Shown: one piece after another, positions 41,998 to 55,237 of the stretch
How positions within the stretch are numbered: position 1 is the first letter of the stretch
Layout: the number at the start of each line of letters is the position of its first letter
From: Selaginella moellendorffii
Lineage: Eukaryota > Plantae > Lycopodiophyta
Assembly (NCBI RefSeq): GCF_000143415.4
Contig: NW_003314347.1
Location: 124,001 to 188,000 of the forward strand
Direction: 5' to 3'
DNA: 64,000 bases
The notes under the pieces: model-generated
The model's input: the letters and a program-made list of their open reading frames with translations, nothing else
Told to the model about the DNA's origin: nothing
The model's database searches: none
Program-made: the position numbers and the translations under genes

Positions 41998-44900
41998 TGT
42001 GAGGGACAAGTGTATGGTTACGATGCCGTATACTAATATTAGCGTAGTGGGATTTTGGTAGCTGTCGGATTGGTTTCAATCTGGACCACTCGCTCCTGTA
42101 TATAAGCTAGGGTTTTTGGGCTAATTGATATGCACATTTCTGTATTCCCTTTCCATATTCCATGCACTCACATTTATGGAGGTGAGGGGCAGCTTTAATT
42201 GTCCCTGAGGAGTGCTTGGATTTAGGATTTTGGTTTAGATCTAGCTTTTGCATCGTCTAGATCTAGCTTTTTCCATTTCCTTTCTTTTGTTCTTTCTTTT
42301 CAGGGTTTTGGTTTAGATCTAGCTTTTTGCATTGTCTAGATTTACCATTTCCTTCTAGCTTTTTTTATCATTTCTCTTTTATTGCTCTTTCTTTTTCGTT
42401 CATCTTCATGGCAGATCAGTAATTTCCTCCTTTGACTCTAGAGCAGTAATTGGTACAATTGCTTGATGCTATGTGCTTGCAATTGAACAGCCAAACTCAG
42501 TTGATGGCGACGTTCACAGCATGTGGTACCACTCCTCCTGCTCTTGGTGCCAATCCTCGCGTTCAGCCGGAGTTCTTTCGTGGGAATCCTGGGGATGATG
42601 TGTACCATTGGTTCGATCACTTCACGGTGATTGCCACATATCATTCTTGGGATGATGCTCGATGTTTGCGTGAGTTTCCCACATGTCTCCAAGGGACGGC
42701 GTTGCAGTGGTACAATGGTTTGAGCGCAGCCACTCGTGGGGATTGGAGTGTTCTCCCGGATGTCTTCAAACGTGCCTTCGGACATGCTGATGATTGTGAT
42801 GATGCTTTCCAACAATTGCATCGTCTTCGCCAAGGGCCATCTGAGTCGGTGATGCAATTTGGCGTTCGTTTCCGAAGTTTTTTGCTTCGTGCGGAGCCAA
42901 ATATGTTAGAGCGGATCAAGCTAGGAATGTTGTGGCCAACACTTCGTCAAGATCTTGTCAGACTTGTGCATGGATTTGCTCCTGCCACCCTTGACGATGC
43001 TCTTCTCTTGGCACAACGTTATGAGACGTCGCCTCTTCCACTTCTTGCTACACGTCCTTCTGCTCCACTTCTTATGGGTGATGGTCCTATTCCAATGGAG
43101 GTTGATGCTGCTGCTGCTCGAGTCCAAGGCCAAGTGCGAGGACGTGGTCGTGGCCGTGATGTTCGTTGTTGGGTCTGTGATGAAGTTGGTCATACTTATC
43201 GGCGTTGCAGTCGTTTCCGGATTGGCGACCTCCATTTCCTGGGTGGAGACCTTGGCGTCAGCAACGTCCCGTGGGTGCTGTTGCAGTGGAAGGTCTGGAC
43301 ACCGAGATGCCTCCGGGAAACGAGGAGTCGCACGAGTAATGGAGGGACCTTGCGTGAATAAATTAGTGACCCCTCCATCTTTCTTTCGGGAGTATCATCA
43401 AGGGGTTCACTCGGCACCAGTTCATCAAGTGTTTACTTTCCAAGCTCGTTTTTATAACAAGAGGTCTCCTATTATTCTTTCCGTGTTTGTTGATACAGGT
43501 TCGAGTTTATCTTCTATTGCTCGACCTGTTGCCACACGTTGTCGTCTACACTTGCGTCGTGCGGCGGAACCAGTTTTCATTCTTTATGGCAACGGCCGTA
43601 CACATGCATGTGCACGGGATGAGGTGGACCTAGTTGTGTGTGTGGGCGATCTCAAGCTTGAGTTGCAGTTGTTGCGGGTGGTGCCGATTCAAGCTTTTGA
43701 CCTCATTCTTGGTATGGATTGGTTGCAGCGCAATCATGCCAAATGTGATTTTGAGGCTTCTCCCCCTTGTTTCATACTTTCTTATGTTTCATCCATTCCT
43801 CTCACTTCCATACATCTTCATCCCTCTACTTCTACCTCTGCTTCCATTACTTTTGTTCCCCCACTCTTTCCTTCTGTGTTTCCATCTTGTTCTGCTTTTC
43901 CCTTTTCCGATCCCTCCGACGATCTTTGTGTTGCAGCAGTTGACCGGCTCATGAAGGAGTATTCTGATCTCTTTGAATTTGACCTATCGTCTGGGGCCAA
44001 GATTGCCACATGTCATCCGATTCCAACCGGGGATGCTCGTCCAATCAAGGTTCCTGTTCGTCGTCGGTCACCTAAGGAGATCAAGATTTTACGAGCAAAC
44101 GTCAAGGAAATGCTGGAGAAGGGTGTTATTCGAAAGTCGCAGAGTCCTTGGGCCTGTGAACCTCATCTTGTAACGAAGCCTGATGGGAGTATTCGTTTTT
44201 GCATCGACTATCGTCTGTTAAACGAAGTGACGATCCCAGATGTGTATCCTCTTCCTCACACTGCTGATCTCTTGGATCGTCTGGGGCGAAGTCGTTAGTT
44301 CACCAAGCTAGATCTTGCTTCTGGGTATTGGCAAGTACCGATGGCCGAAGAAGATATTCCTAAGACTACTTTTCGTACACCATTTGGTTTGTACGAGTTC
44401 CTGGTGATGCTGTTTGGTTTGAACAATGCTCCAGCAACCTTCCAGCGGATGATGGACGAGGTTCTTTGCGATATGCCAGAGATGACTGCTGACTTCATTG
44501 ATGATGTCTTGATCCACTCGGAGGGGACATGGGAGGAGCACGTTCATGATGTTTGTAAAGTGTTGGATCGGCTATGCGACATTGGTTTAAAGCTGAAGCG
44601 GTCAAAATGTGTGTTTGGGTCCAAGGACACAACTTATCTTGGGTACCGTATTTCTCGTGAGGGTTTGCAAGTTGATCCTGACAAACTTGTGGCTGTTTTA
44701 AAGTTCCCTACTCCGAAGTGTGTGAATGATGTGCAGCGCTTCTTGGGTAAAGTGCAGTATCTCGGTCATTTTGTGGATCATCTTTCCGATCGCACTACAC
44801 CATTGCGAGCGTTGCTAAAGTCATCAACGTCATCTTTCATCTGGTCTCCGGATTGTGAGCGGGCGTTCGTGGATCTCAAAGAGCTATTGATGACTCCTTC

Positions 44901-47010
44901 GGTTTTGGCATATCCTGACTACACTCGACCTTTTATTTTGCGCGTGGATGCTTCTGACATTGGTCTTGGAGGTGTGTTGATGCAAGAGATCTTGAGTGTG
45001 CTTGGTCAGCACCATCCCATTGCATACATAAGCCGTACATTACAACTAGTGGAGATGAATCACTCCACGACGGAGAAGGAGTGTTTAGTAGCAGTCTGGG
45101 GTTTCGAGAAACTTCATGCATATCTACATGGTTCTCGGACGTTACTTAAAGGTGACCATGCTGCTGTTACTTCATTATTGAAGCGGAAGAACTTGGTTGG
45201 TCGTACGGCTCGATGGGCTTTGAAGCTTTAGATATATGATTTCGATGTTGTTCATCGCCCAGGGAGTTCTATGGCTGATGCTGATGCCCTTTCTCGAGCT
45301 CCTCTTCCTTCTCCACTCACTTCTCATATTTCTAACGAACCTGTTGTTCCAGCATCTGTGGATTTTCTAAATGAGGATTCTGTGCCGTCGGCAGTTGCTG
45401 TCCTTAACGTTTAGTGTCCACAAGGCGCAGAGCAAGATCTACCTTTTCTTGATGAGGTTCGCGAGGCTCAAAAGATTGAGCTGTGGATTCGAAGGCTTCG
45501 AGATGGGTTTGAGAATCCTACATCACTTGTTGATGACTTGCCTTTACGGCATTTACATTCTCAATATCGCTTTGAAGATGGCCTTCTTTATTTTGTGGGG
45601 ACGGATCCTAATGATCATTTACGGCTGGTGGTGCCTTCGGTGTTTATTCCACGGTTTCTCCATGCCTACCATGATTCTCCTGTTCTAGGTGGGCATATGG
45701 GACACCGTCGTGTCACCGAGAAGCTGCGCAAGTCTTTCTATTGGCTGGAGATGCGACGTGATATTATCCGGTATGTGCGTAGTTGCGTTTGGTGCCAAGC
45801 TCGTAATACTCCCCCTCGTGCTGCGGAAGGACAGTTGGAGTCAATTGCGGTTTCCCATCCGTTTGAGTTGGTGGCGTTTGATCTTATGGGACCTTTTCCA
45901 CGGTCGACTACTGGCAATGAGTATGTTATTATTGCTTCTGACTACTTGACTCGTTGGGTGGAAGTTGGTGCTCTTGCTAGCGCCTCTGCAACTGCTGTTG
46001 GATACTTCCTCCTCAATCGAGTGGTGTTCCAGCATTCTTGTCCAAAGCGGATTCTTTCGGATAATGGTCCCGCATTTATGGCGGAGGCATTTCATGTTTT
46101 GACATCTCGGTTGGGGATACGCCACACTTTCACGAGTGCTTATCATCCACAATCAGACGGTCTGGTGGAACGGCTCGTCCGGACATTCAAAGGGATGATT
46201 GCGAAGTATGTGAACTTTCAGCATTCGGATTGGGATGGTTATTTGCCGTCTCTTCGGTATGCATATGTTACAGGGGTGCAGAGTTCTGTTGGTGCTTCAC
46301 CATATAAACTCCTATATGGTCATGATCCAATATTACCAACGGAGCTGGGTTTACCTTCGCGATTGCCACGAGCTGCTGATGCTAGATCATGGGATCAGTA
46401 TTTGACGAGCATTCTTCCACTTGTCCGAGCAGAGTCTGCCGAACACTTAGGCCGCGTACAAGTGGGACAACAATGGCGCTACAACTCCCATCATCGTCCA
46501 CCTGCGGAGTACAAAGTGGATGATTTGGTGTTAGTTCGTTTTCCCCATATTACGGTACGTGGCTTATCTAAGGGGCTTTTTGCGCAATGGAAAGGACCAT
46601 ATCGGGTGTTGCGGCAAGTTGGACCACAAGTTTATGAGGTTCGGTATGACGTTCAACAGGCCGATCCTCAGAAGATTGTGCATGTGCAGTGGCTGAAACG
46701 CTTCGTACAAAGGGATCAGGAGGAGTTAATACCACCTATAGATCCACTGATGCCTCCTCCGGACGTTCCTCCGGATCCCGGCCCATCTTCAAGAGAACCC
46801 TGATGGTCTTCCATTATCGCGAGAGGAGGGGATGATGTGAGGGCTAAGTGTACAGTTACGATGCTGTATACTAATATTAGCGTAGTGGGATTTTGGTAGC
46901 CCTCGGATTGGTTTCAATCTGGACCACTCGCTCCTGTATATAAGCTAGGGTTTTTGGGCTAATTGATATGCACATTTCTGTATTCCCTATCCATATTCCA
47001 TGCACTCACA
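41998..47010 (+). mobile_element. Full-length but disabled Ty3/Gypsy LTR retrotransposon without a chromodomain; LTRs 41998-42172 and 46836-47010
   Basis: 175-bp TG…CA LTRs with 8 mismatches, 4-bp TSD ATAT, PBS-like TGGAGGTGAGGG, PPT 46821-46835. Gag has a CCHC knuckle; pol has PR (DTGS), RT (FIDD), RH and INT, with premature stops at 44296 and 45229. Confidence 0.96.
43315..43378 (+). promoter_or_regulatory. -1 programmed ribosomal frameshift signal (G GGA AAC plus H-type pseudoknot) at the gag/pol junction
   Basis: Slippery heptamer 43315-43321, 6-nt spacer, stem 1 43328-43336/43349-43357, stem 2 43339-43346/43371-43378; the -1 frame is the pol ORF. Confidence 0.8.
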
Positions 47011-47870
47011 ATATATATAAACTAAGATTTTGGGCAAATTGAATATGCATATTTTTGTATTCCATGCAATCATATTAATGAAGGTGAAAGGTAACTCTTA
47101 TTGTTTATAAGAAGTGTTCAGATTTATACTTTTGATTTATATCTAATTTATATTCTCATAAATAGGAGCTAAAAGCCACAACTTTCCTAAGAGCCCCACT
47201 CTCTCGACACCTAATATCCTAATTTTCAAGTCGAACCCAGTTAGAGGCAAACTAAACATACCACATATCAATCTCAATATATTTTGTGATTCCCTTAAAC
47301 CAACTAGCAAAGACCTCTCACCTAACCCTAGTACTATTTAAATATAAAGACAATTAACCTCAAATATCTTAATATCCTTAATCAATTGAAAAATAAAGTG
47401 CACTTTTATTCATGGGCCCTTTCTTTTTATATTTGAATTTCAATAGCGTTTATCTCTTTGGTTACTTATACTTTATAAAGTAGCAATTGGTGTAATAGAT
47501 TGATGCTATATGACTATAATTGGACAATCAAATTTAGTTGATGGTGGCATTTATGATGCATAGTGCAACTTTTATTACTCTTATTGCCAATCTTCATATC
47601 TTGTTAGATTTTATTCATAGAAATTTTAGGGATAATATGTATTATTAGTTTGATTAATTTACAATTAATAAATAATGCTCAAATATTTGCATGAGTTTTT
47701 TACATGTCTTCAAAGGATAGTGTTGTAGTGGTATAATGGTTTGAATGCAACCACATATGGATTAGAGCTTCTCCCATATGTTTTCAAATGTATATTTAGA
47801 CATGGTAACAACTACAATAATGTTTTCTAGCAATTGCATCATCTTTATCAATGGTTATCTGAGTTGATAT
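47011..47870 (+). mobile_element. Older decayed copy of the same Gypsy family (LTR 3' half, PBS, gag), interrupted by a TRIM-like fragment at ~47170-47465
   Basis: 47015-47150 aligns to LTR/PBS 42100-42250 and 47470-47870 aligns to gag 42435-42850, mostly by C>T and G>A changes. Confidence 0.85.
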
Positions 47871-47879
47871 ATAGATAGC

Positions 47880-50800
47880 ATATCTATTACTCTCGAACAC
47901 ACTCAAAGAAAAGCAAGACCAAGCTCAAAAATACATGTTTATTCTACCCTAAACCCTTGAATTGATGCTCTAAAAATATTCCCTAAATTGAATATTTTGA
48001 AAATCTTTATACTTTAAGATACATTGCAACAAGTGACCACGGGTGGATCAAACAACTTCATGAAGAGAACCTATAACCTATAGAGAAGAGAAAGAAACCA
48101 TAAAGAAAATAAAGTGTAAAGTTTAAAGTTTTCCTATTGAAACTTCGCTAAATAATGGAGACCATCTCTATGAATACTTTGTATTTGTAAATGACTTAAG
48201 AATGTTAAGTTAAACTATGGTACTAAGGAGAAAATGGATAGATAAATGAAAATGCAAACAATAAAAATGAAAAGTGTAATGAAAGTGATATAGAGACAAA
48301 ATGTAATAACCATTGCAAAATTAGAACAACTTGAGTTTTTAGATAATCAAGATTAATGCCACTTAGAAAAACTATGATCCAAGCCTAAGTCTACTTTGTG
48401 ATGAACTTAGAACTTAGAAGAGCAACAAAAATATAGTGAAAGAGGAAGAAGAAATAAAAGAAAGTAAAAGAAAAAAATAGAAGAAAGCTATTGTCAAACA
48501 CTAAAATGGTTTTAAATGATAGTGATGCTATATATGCTCAAACTAATAGTTATTAAATCCACCAAGATGTGAGAACTATCTCTTTTATGATACTCAATGA
48601 TATAGGAACTTAGCCATCTTAGTGCAAACTTGGATGAAGGTGTAAATCCTTAAAAATAACCATGTTACTTTGCTAAAATGGTGTTGAAGAAGCCTCAAGG
48701 TCTTGCCAAGCCTTGAGTTGAACATTCTATGTATAAACATGGTCCATCACTACTAATGTCTTCTCTAACTCCAAAAACTCCCAAGCTTGTGTTTGGAGCT
48801 ACTCCATCTTCAATAACTAGAACTCTACCACATGTTATGATACAAAAGGGATAAGATCTGAATTTCCATTAGAAGGATAACCTCTTGCCTATAGACAAGA
48901 AAGAATAAAGTTATGTTAATATTACCCTTGTATATGGTATGAAATGCCGACAATGTAGTAGGCAAGTATCTATGCCATGCTAAGGATGATCAACCATAAA
49001 CCTGCTGAAAATTGCTTTGATGGTTTTATTTGAAGATTTTACTTGGCCATTGCTCTATAGATAATAATTGCTACTATAAGTGTGAGTGATAGCCAAACTT
49101 TACATGAGAGTCTTGAACACCTTACTAATATGAGACACAAATCCCTAAGCCCCAAAGTAGAGCCGAAAGGGGCCCACATGGTAATGGCTAAAGTGGAAGC
49201 CAAACGAGCATAACACGTTTGGACTAAAAGTTTTGACTTGAATAGTCGAGAGTGAGAGTGGAACTCCTAACGAAGTGCTCGAGGAATGAGTACGAAGCAA
49301 GCAGTAAATGAGTCTCTAAAAAAGGGACACAAGAGGACTAACACATGACATATAGAAGTGTCGAGATGGACTTGAGACGAAGTTTGAGATGGACCTGAGA
49401 TGGACCTGAGATGGACCCAAGATGGAGTCCGATATGGAGTCTGAGATGGACCCGAGATAGAGTCCGAGATGGAGCCCAAGATGGACCTGAGATGGAGTCT
49501 GAGATGGACCTAAGATGGAGTCCGAAATAGAACAAAGACCGAGATTAAGACCAAGACCGAGACTGAGATCAAGTCTAAGATTGAGACTAAGACCGAGTCT
49601 AAGTCTAAGATCAAGTCCGAGTCCGAGTCTGAATATTAATACAAGTTGTTGGGTGAAAGCCCAAAGCAATCGTCTCCCAAAGGGTTCCAAAAGTATAGTA
49701 GGGAGAGAGTGGAGGTTGGATTCCAGTGGAACCAATTTAGCCAAGAAAGGCTAGTATGACCCAGGAAGGCTATACCCATGTGTTGGTGATCATATAACCA
49801 CTAAAGAGTCCAAAGTTAGAGTGAATATAGACAAACTATCAAAGTAGCTTGGTGAGGTGTTCAAGAGTTGGCTTTAGCTCGCATGGGAGATCAAATGATC
49901 AATGCTCCCAATCCAAGTGTGGGTGGCATTACCTACTTTGAGGCTTATCAAAACCTTGCTCTAGCCACCTAGCTAGGGCACCCAAAGGCAGATGGTGGGA
50001 AGAGTATCTATGGGGCTTGTATAGGGCTATAGTGTTTTAAAATTTCATCCCAGAATCCTAGATTGTGGAAAGGAAGAAAGGCAATTCACTTATGTGGTGA
50101 CCAAGGATGCAGTTATACAACAAGGAAGCCTTAGAGGTCATTGGGACATAGTGGTTGGGCTTGTGGGCCTTGCCCAGTGATAGTGTTGACAAACACAGCT
50201 GTGGACAGAAAGGGACTTGGTGGGGACTAAGAAAGGGATATTAGGGAAGGCTATTCCCCATGTCTGTGGGCATCCTAAAGAGTGGATTTAGGATGATCAC
50301 TCATGGATGAATGACCCAGCTTTTGAGAGACGAGACTGTGATGCAAGTGGTGTTGAACCACCAGTGTGACAAAGGTGATAGGCATGGCCTTAGCGTAAAA
50401 GGTTGATATGTCAATGATACCTTTGAGTGTCAGCTATGGGATCAAACTCATAAAGCACTTGGACCAAGTGCAAAAGTTGAGTAGCATATATGCCATTTTC
50501 AGGGCTAACAAGTCCCCAAGTCTGGCATAAGACTTATGGAGGTTGAGATTGAAACTCCTCCATATGGTCAAAGTTGTGGTTAAGTGATTAAAGTAGAATG
50601 GAAAAATTAATCACTTACAACTAAGAAACATGCCATCATGATCAAATATAAAAGTCACTAAAATGCCAATTGATAGAAAATGTGCTCATACAAGAATATA
50701 ACAACAGCATCTTAGTTTGTTATGCATAATATAATAACTTTCTCCCATTTTGAGAAATAATCTATTGCTACAAGTAAGTAGCAAAGGCTAAACCGATAAA

Positions 50801-51280
50801 GAACTTTATTAAGAAAAGTATAACTACAAAAGTTTATGCTTAAAGGTTGTTATTACTCCAAATATAGCTTTAGAGGGGCCTTATTAGTATGAATATAAGT
50901 AGCCACACCCTGAAGGTCTGCTAGAATGGGAGATATCTCTTAAGCAACTGCAACCAAAGCCTTACTTAGATATGCAATGTTCAAAAAGAATTGCAAATTA
51001 AAGTTTTAGATCAAAATAGTGTAAAATCTATGAAACCTTGTGGAGAAGAAAGGTTAGTATATCAAATTGAACCTGGAAAATGATGTAAGCTCTCAACAAA
51101 AGGTGGTAAAAACATTTAAGCATATAAACAATTGTCGTTGTCTCCTTCTCAATAGTTATATGTTTACACCTTGATTTTCAGAAAGAATGAGATGCAAAAT
51201 AAATCATATAGAAGGGGGTTTTATCATCCTTACACTAACAATAACAAATGCCAAAAACTTTCTCTTCAAGGTCATGTATG
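47880..51280 (+). mobile_element. Very decayed retroelement sequence hosting the solo LTR
   Basis: AT-rich, stop-ridden sequence with only weak gag/pol-like traces. Confidence 0.4.
49129..50619 (+). mobile_element. Solo LTR (~1.5 kb) of the same family as the LTR at 54657-56409
   Basis: Colinear with 54657-56409 and flanked by a perfect 5-bp TSD ACTAA (49124-49128 and 50620-50624). Confidence 0.92.
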
Positions 51281-51286
51281 TATTAG

Positions 51287-51753
51287 TATATGATTTTTTG
51301 AATTTAGACTTTTTAAAAGGTTATTTAGCTTAGTGCTTAAGAATTCTTAATCCTAAATATCCTAAAACCATTAACCAATTGGAAAATAGGGTGCATTTTT
51401 GTTTATGGGCCCTTTTCCTCTATATTTGAACTCTTATGGATTATCTTTAGGATCATTTTCTTTAGTTGCCAAAATCCACTACACTTTCTTACAAATTCAC
51501 ACCCTCATGAATGGAAACTAAGAGCCTAACTAGAGCAAACTAAACCTACAAAATGTAAATTTCAACATTTGGTATGATTTCCCTAACCAATTAACATAAT
51601 TGAGACTCTTTTGATACCATATGTAAGATCTTGAGTTTGGACTTCCTAAAAGGTCACTTAGTCTAATACTACTTAAACCCAATAATACTTTAATTTATTA
51701 GAAAACAAAGTGTACTTTTAAATCATCTATCAAATCATTCTCTTTAGTTTACA
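51287..51753 (-). mobile_element. TRIM-like miniature LTR element (decayed)
   Basis: Two related short direct repeats (~51287-51471 and 51622-51753) around a ~150-bp interior, with minus-strand PBS TGGTATCA (51612-51619) and a purine-rich PPT-like tract near 51472-51490. Confidence 0.65.
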
Positions 51754-51803
51754 TAGTAGCTACAAGATCAATGTCAATTAGAAAGTTTCTCTAAGTGACT
51801 CAA

Positions 51804-54656
51804 TGTAGCATGAATTTGGAGCCGAACTCCAAGCCTGTTGCGCTACGAACGAGGGTCCAGTACAATCCCACGAGCACCAGCTCCCTGTATCCAGCACCTA
51901 CACGCAAAATGGTGTCAGACGGAGTCTGGCACAATTTTGGCATACTGCTGGCCTAACGCGAGGAAGAGGGTACTCCACCGACTAGAGTAGCATGGAGCTT
52001 GGGTTTAGACCCAAGCCGGACACAGAACAAGGAGTGACACAGCCCAGTGGGAGCCAAATTAATATCTCAGATGGTCGGACATGCATTCCAACCACTATCC
52101 CTATTATACATTTGGAACCCCTCATAGTCCCCCCCCCCCCCCCCCCCCTAAGGAACACACGCTTTGGGCTTTCACCCCAAGCCTCCCTTAGTACCAAGAG
52201 TTAGTCTCTGGGACAAGCTCGAAATTTACCAAATATGGAATGGCGCTAGATTGCGAATTTGGACACGGGACGAACACCATTGTGTTCAGGCCGACCTTTA
52301 CACTCTGTAGATATGCCAAATGAGCAAATATAGACACTTTCCATAAATAGCATTTAGGACCGAAGTGAGACTAACACAAAGGGCATGATAGCGAGGGTGT
52401 TTGGCAGATACGGTAAGCTATCATCCAGCGATATCCTCAGTAGCTCTAGACCAACTTTGGCATAGTTGCTCCGCATAAGTCTCAACGGCCGGGACCAACA
52501 CTTTGGACATTGGTTTCTGTACAACAATCTATTGAGGCACTCTGCGAGCATTTCCTTGCAACATCTCCCATGGAGAATAGCCAATAGCGCTGTGAAATGT
52601 GTTATTATAACATATTTCTGCTGTATCCAAATGCTCAACCCAGTCGCGTTGGTCCGCCGCGATATAGTACCGTAGATAATCCTCAACGTGAGCATTCACG
52701 CGTTCAGTCTGCCCATCAGTTTAAGGATGATAAGCCGTATTGAACTTCAATTTGGTACCAAGCAGTTGGAATAGTGTGCCCCAAAACTTCCCCATAAACC
52801 TTGAATCTCTATCCGAAATCATCTTTTTGGGAAGACCACGAACTCGCACTACTTCATGGAAAAAGAGCTTTGCTGCTTGTTTCACATTCACTGTTCCCAC
52901 AGTTGGAATGAAGTGTGCAATCTTCGACAACTGATCCACAACCACCATCAAAGTATCATAACCCTTAGACTTCGGCAAGCAAGTGACAAAATCAAGTGTG
53001 ACACTCTGAAATGGCCATGCCAGTGCTGAAATGCACTTTAACTTTCCAGCCTACTTCTCAGTTTTGCGCTTACATTGCTAGCATATAGGGCAGGAACAGA
53101 CATAATCCGCTACATCACCTTCCATACCAGACCAGAAAAATCCCTTTTTCAACGAAGCCAGAGTCTTTCGCTGTCCACTATGTCCCGCTGCTGGAACATC
53201 ATGATGTTCCTGTAGAAATAATTGCTGGAGATCTTTAGAGGGAAGATACAATCTTTCTTGCTTATAGAATATAAGCCCATCCCGAACTGAGAAGTGAAGC
53301 TTCACATTAGTGCGACTAGCAACTTTTGTTGTTTCGCTACCAGGGCTCTGCTTCAACAACCCTGCACGACATAAGATTGCCTTCGCCAATGGATCACTTC
53401 CATATGAAGCTCGCACGTCCTCTAACCAGTTTGCACTGATTGCTGATATTGCCCGGAATTGAGTCTGACGACTCAATGCATCCAGAACAATATTGTCTTT
53501 ACCAGGTTTATATATGATTTCAATATCATATCTAGCAAGCTTCTTTTGCCAACGAGCTTGCTTCGCCGTAAGCTTAGGCTACGTAGCAAAGTAGCTCCAT
53601 GTGTTACTATCTATATAAACCTTGGTATGTCCACCCAAGTAGTGTCTCCAATGTTCCAGGGCTGACACTATAGCAAATATCTCTTTCTCATGCGTTGGCC
53701 ATCTTCATTGAGTTTCATCCAATTTCTTGGAATAGAACGCAACAGGACAACCATGTCACCTTAGCATAACACCAACCGCTTTGTCACAATCTTGCTGCAA
53801 CACAGCACCAATATCATATCCAGATGCATCACAATGCACTTCAAAGGGTTTATCAAGATCTGGGATCTTGAGAATAGGAACCGTAGTCAAGATCTCCTTC
53901 AACCGTACAAAAGCACGCTGGCAAGTTGGTGTCCAATGAAATGGAATACTACTCTTTGTCAACTCAATCAATAGAAGAGAAATTCTTGCAAAATTGTGGA
54001 CAAACTTGCGATAGTATCCCGCCAAACTGAGAAAGGAACGAACATTTGATACAGTGGTCGGGGTTTCCCAGGATTTCATTGCTTCCACCTTCTTTGGATC
54101 GACCTCAATTACGCCACCACCAACTATATGTCCGAGAAAGTTTACGGGCAATTGTCCAAAAGCGCATTTACTTTCCTTAGCATACAGTTTGTGTTCGCAC
54201 AATTTCTGAAACACCAGCTCCAAGTGTTTCAAATGATCCTCCAACGTTTTGCTAAAGACTAGAACATCGTCGATATATAGGACAACAAATGTGTCCAAAT
54301 AATCTCCAAATATTCTATCCATCATAGTGCTGAACGTTGCTGGAGCATTGCATAACCCGAACGGCATGACAAAAAACTCATAAGATCCGTACCGAGTCTT
54401 AAAGGTTGTCTTCTCTACATCCTGATCTGCCACCCGTATTTGATGATACCTGGACCACAAATCAAGTCACGTAAAATACTTAGCCTTTAAAAGTTGGTCA
54501 AACAAGTCATCAATGCGAGGCAAAGGATAACTATTTTTTACCGTGATCTTGTTTAGTGCCTGATAGTCAATACACATCCTCATGGTTCCATCTTTTTTCA
54601 TAATAAAGAGGACCGGCGCTCCATAAGGTGACTTGCTTGGTCGGATATGACCTTTG
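51804..54656 (-). mobile_element. Ty3/Gypsy (chromovirus-like) pol remnant with its 3' LTR (~51804-52126), interrupted within RT by the LTR starting at 54657
   Basis: RT (KTRYGSYEFFVMPFGLCNAPATF, YIDD), RH (HCDASG), INT (HHDVPAAGHSG, SDRDSRF, TAYHP), and a poly-G PPT at 52129-52148. Confidence 0.9.
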
Positions 54657-55204
54657 TGTGAAACACAAAATCCCTAGGCCCCAAAGTGGAGCCGGAAGGG
54701 TGCCACATGGTAGTGGCCAAAGCGAACGCCAAACGAGCGTAACACGTTTGGACTAAAAGCTCCGACTTGAAAGGTCGAGAGCGGGAGTGGAACTCCCAAC
54801 AAAGTGCTCAAGGAACGAGCACGAAGCGAGCAATAAGCGAGGCTCCAAAAAATGACCCAAAAAGGACTAGCACATGACACGTGGAATTGTCCGAGATGGA
54901 GTCCGAGATGGACCGAGACGGAGTCCGAGATGGAGCCCGAGATGGAGTCCGAGATGGACCGAGACGGAGTTCGAGATGGAGTCCGAGATGGACCGAGATG
55001 GAGTCCGAGATGGACCAAGACGGAGTCCGAGATGGAGTCTGAGATGGACCTGAGATGGAGTCTAAGATGGACCGAGACAGAGTCCAAGATGGAGTCCGAG
55101 ATGGACCCAAGATGGAATCCGAGATGGAGTCCAAGAAGGACCCAAGATGGAGTCCGAGGTCGAGACTGGGACCGGGACCGGGACCGAGACCGAGACCGAG
55201 ACCA

Positions 55205-55237
<33 letters not shown>

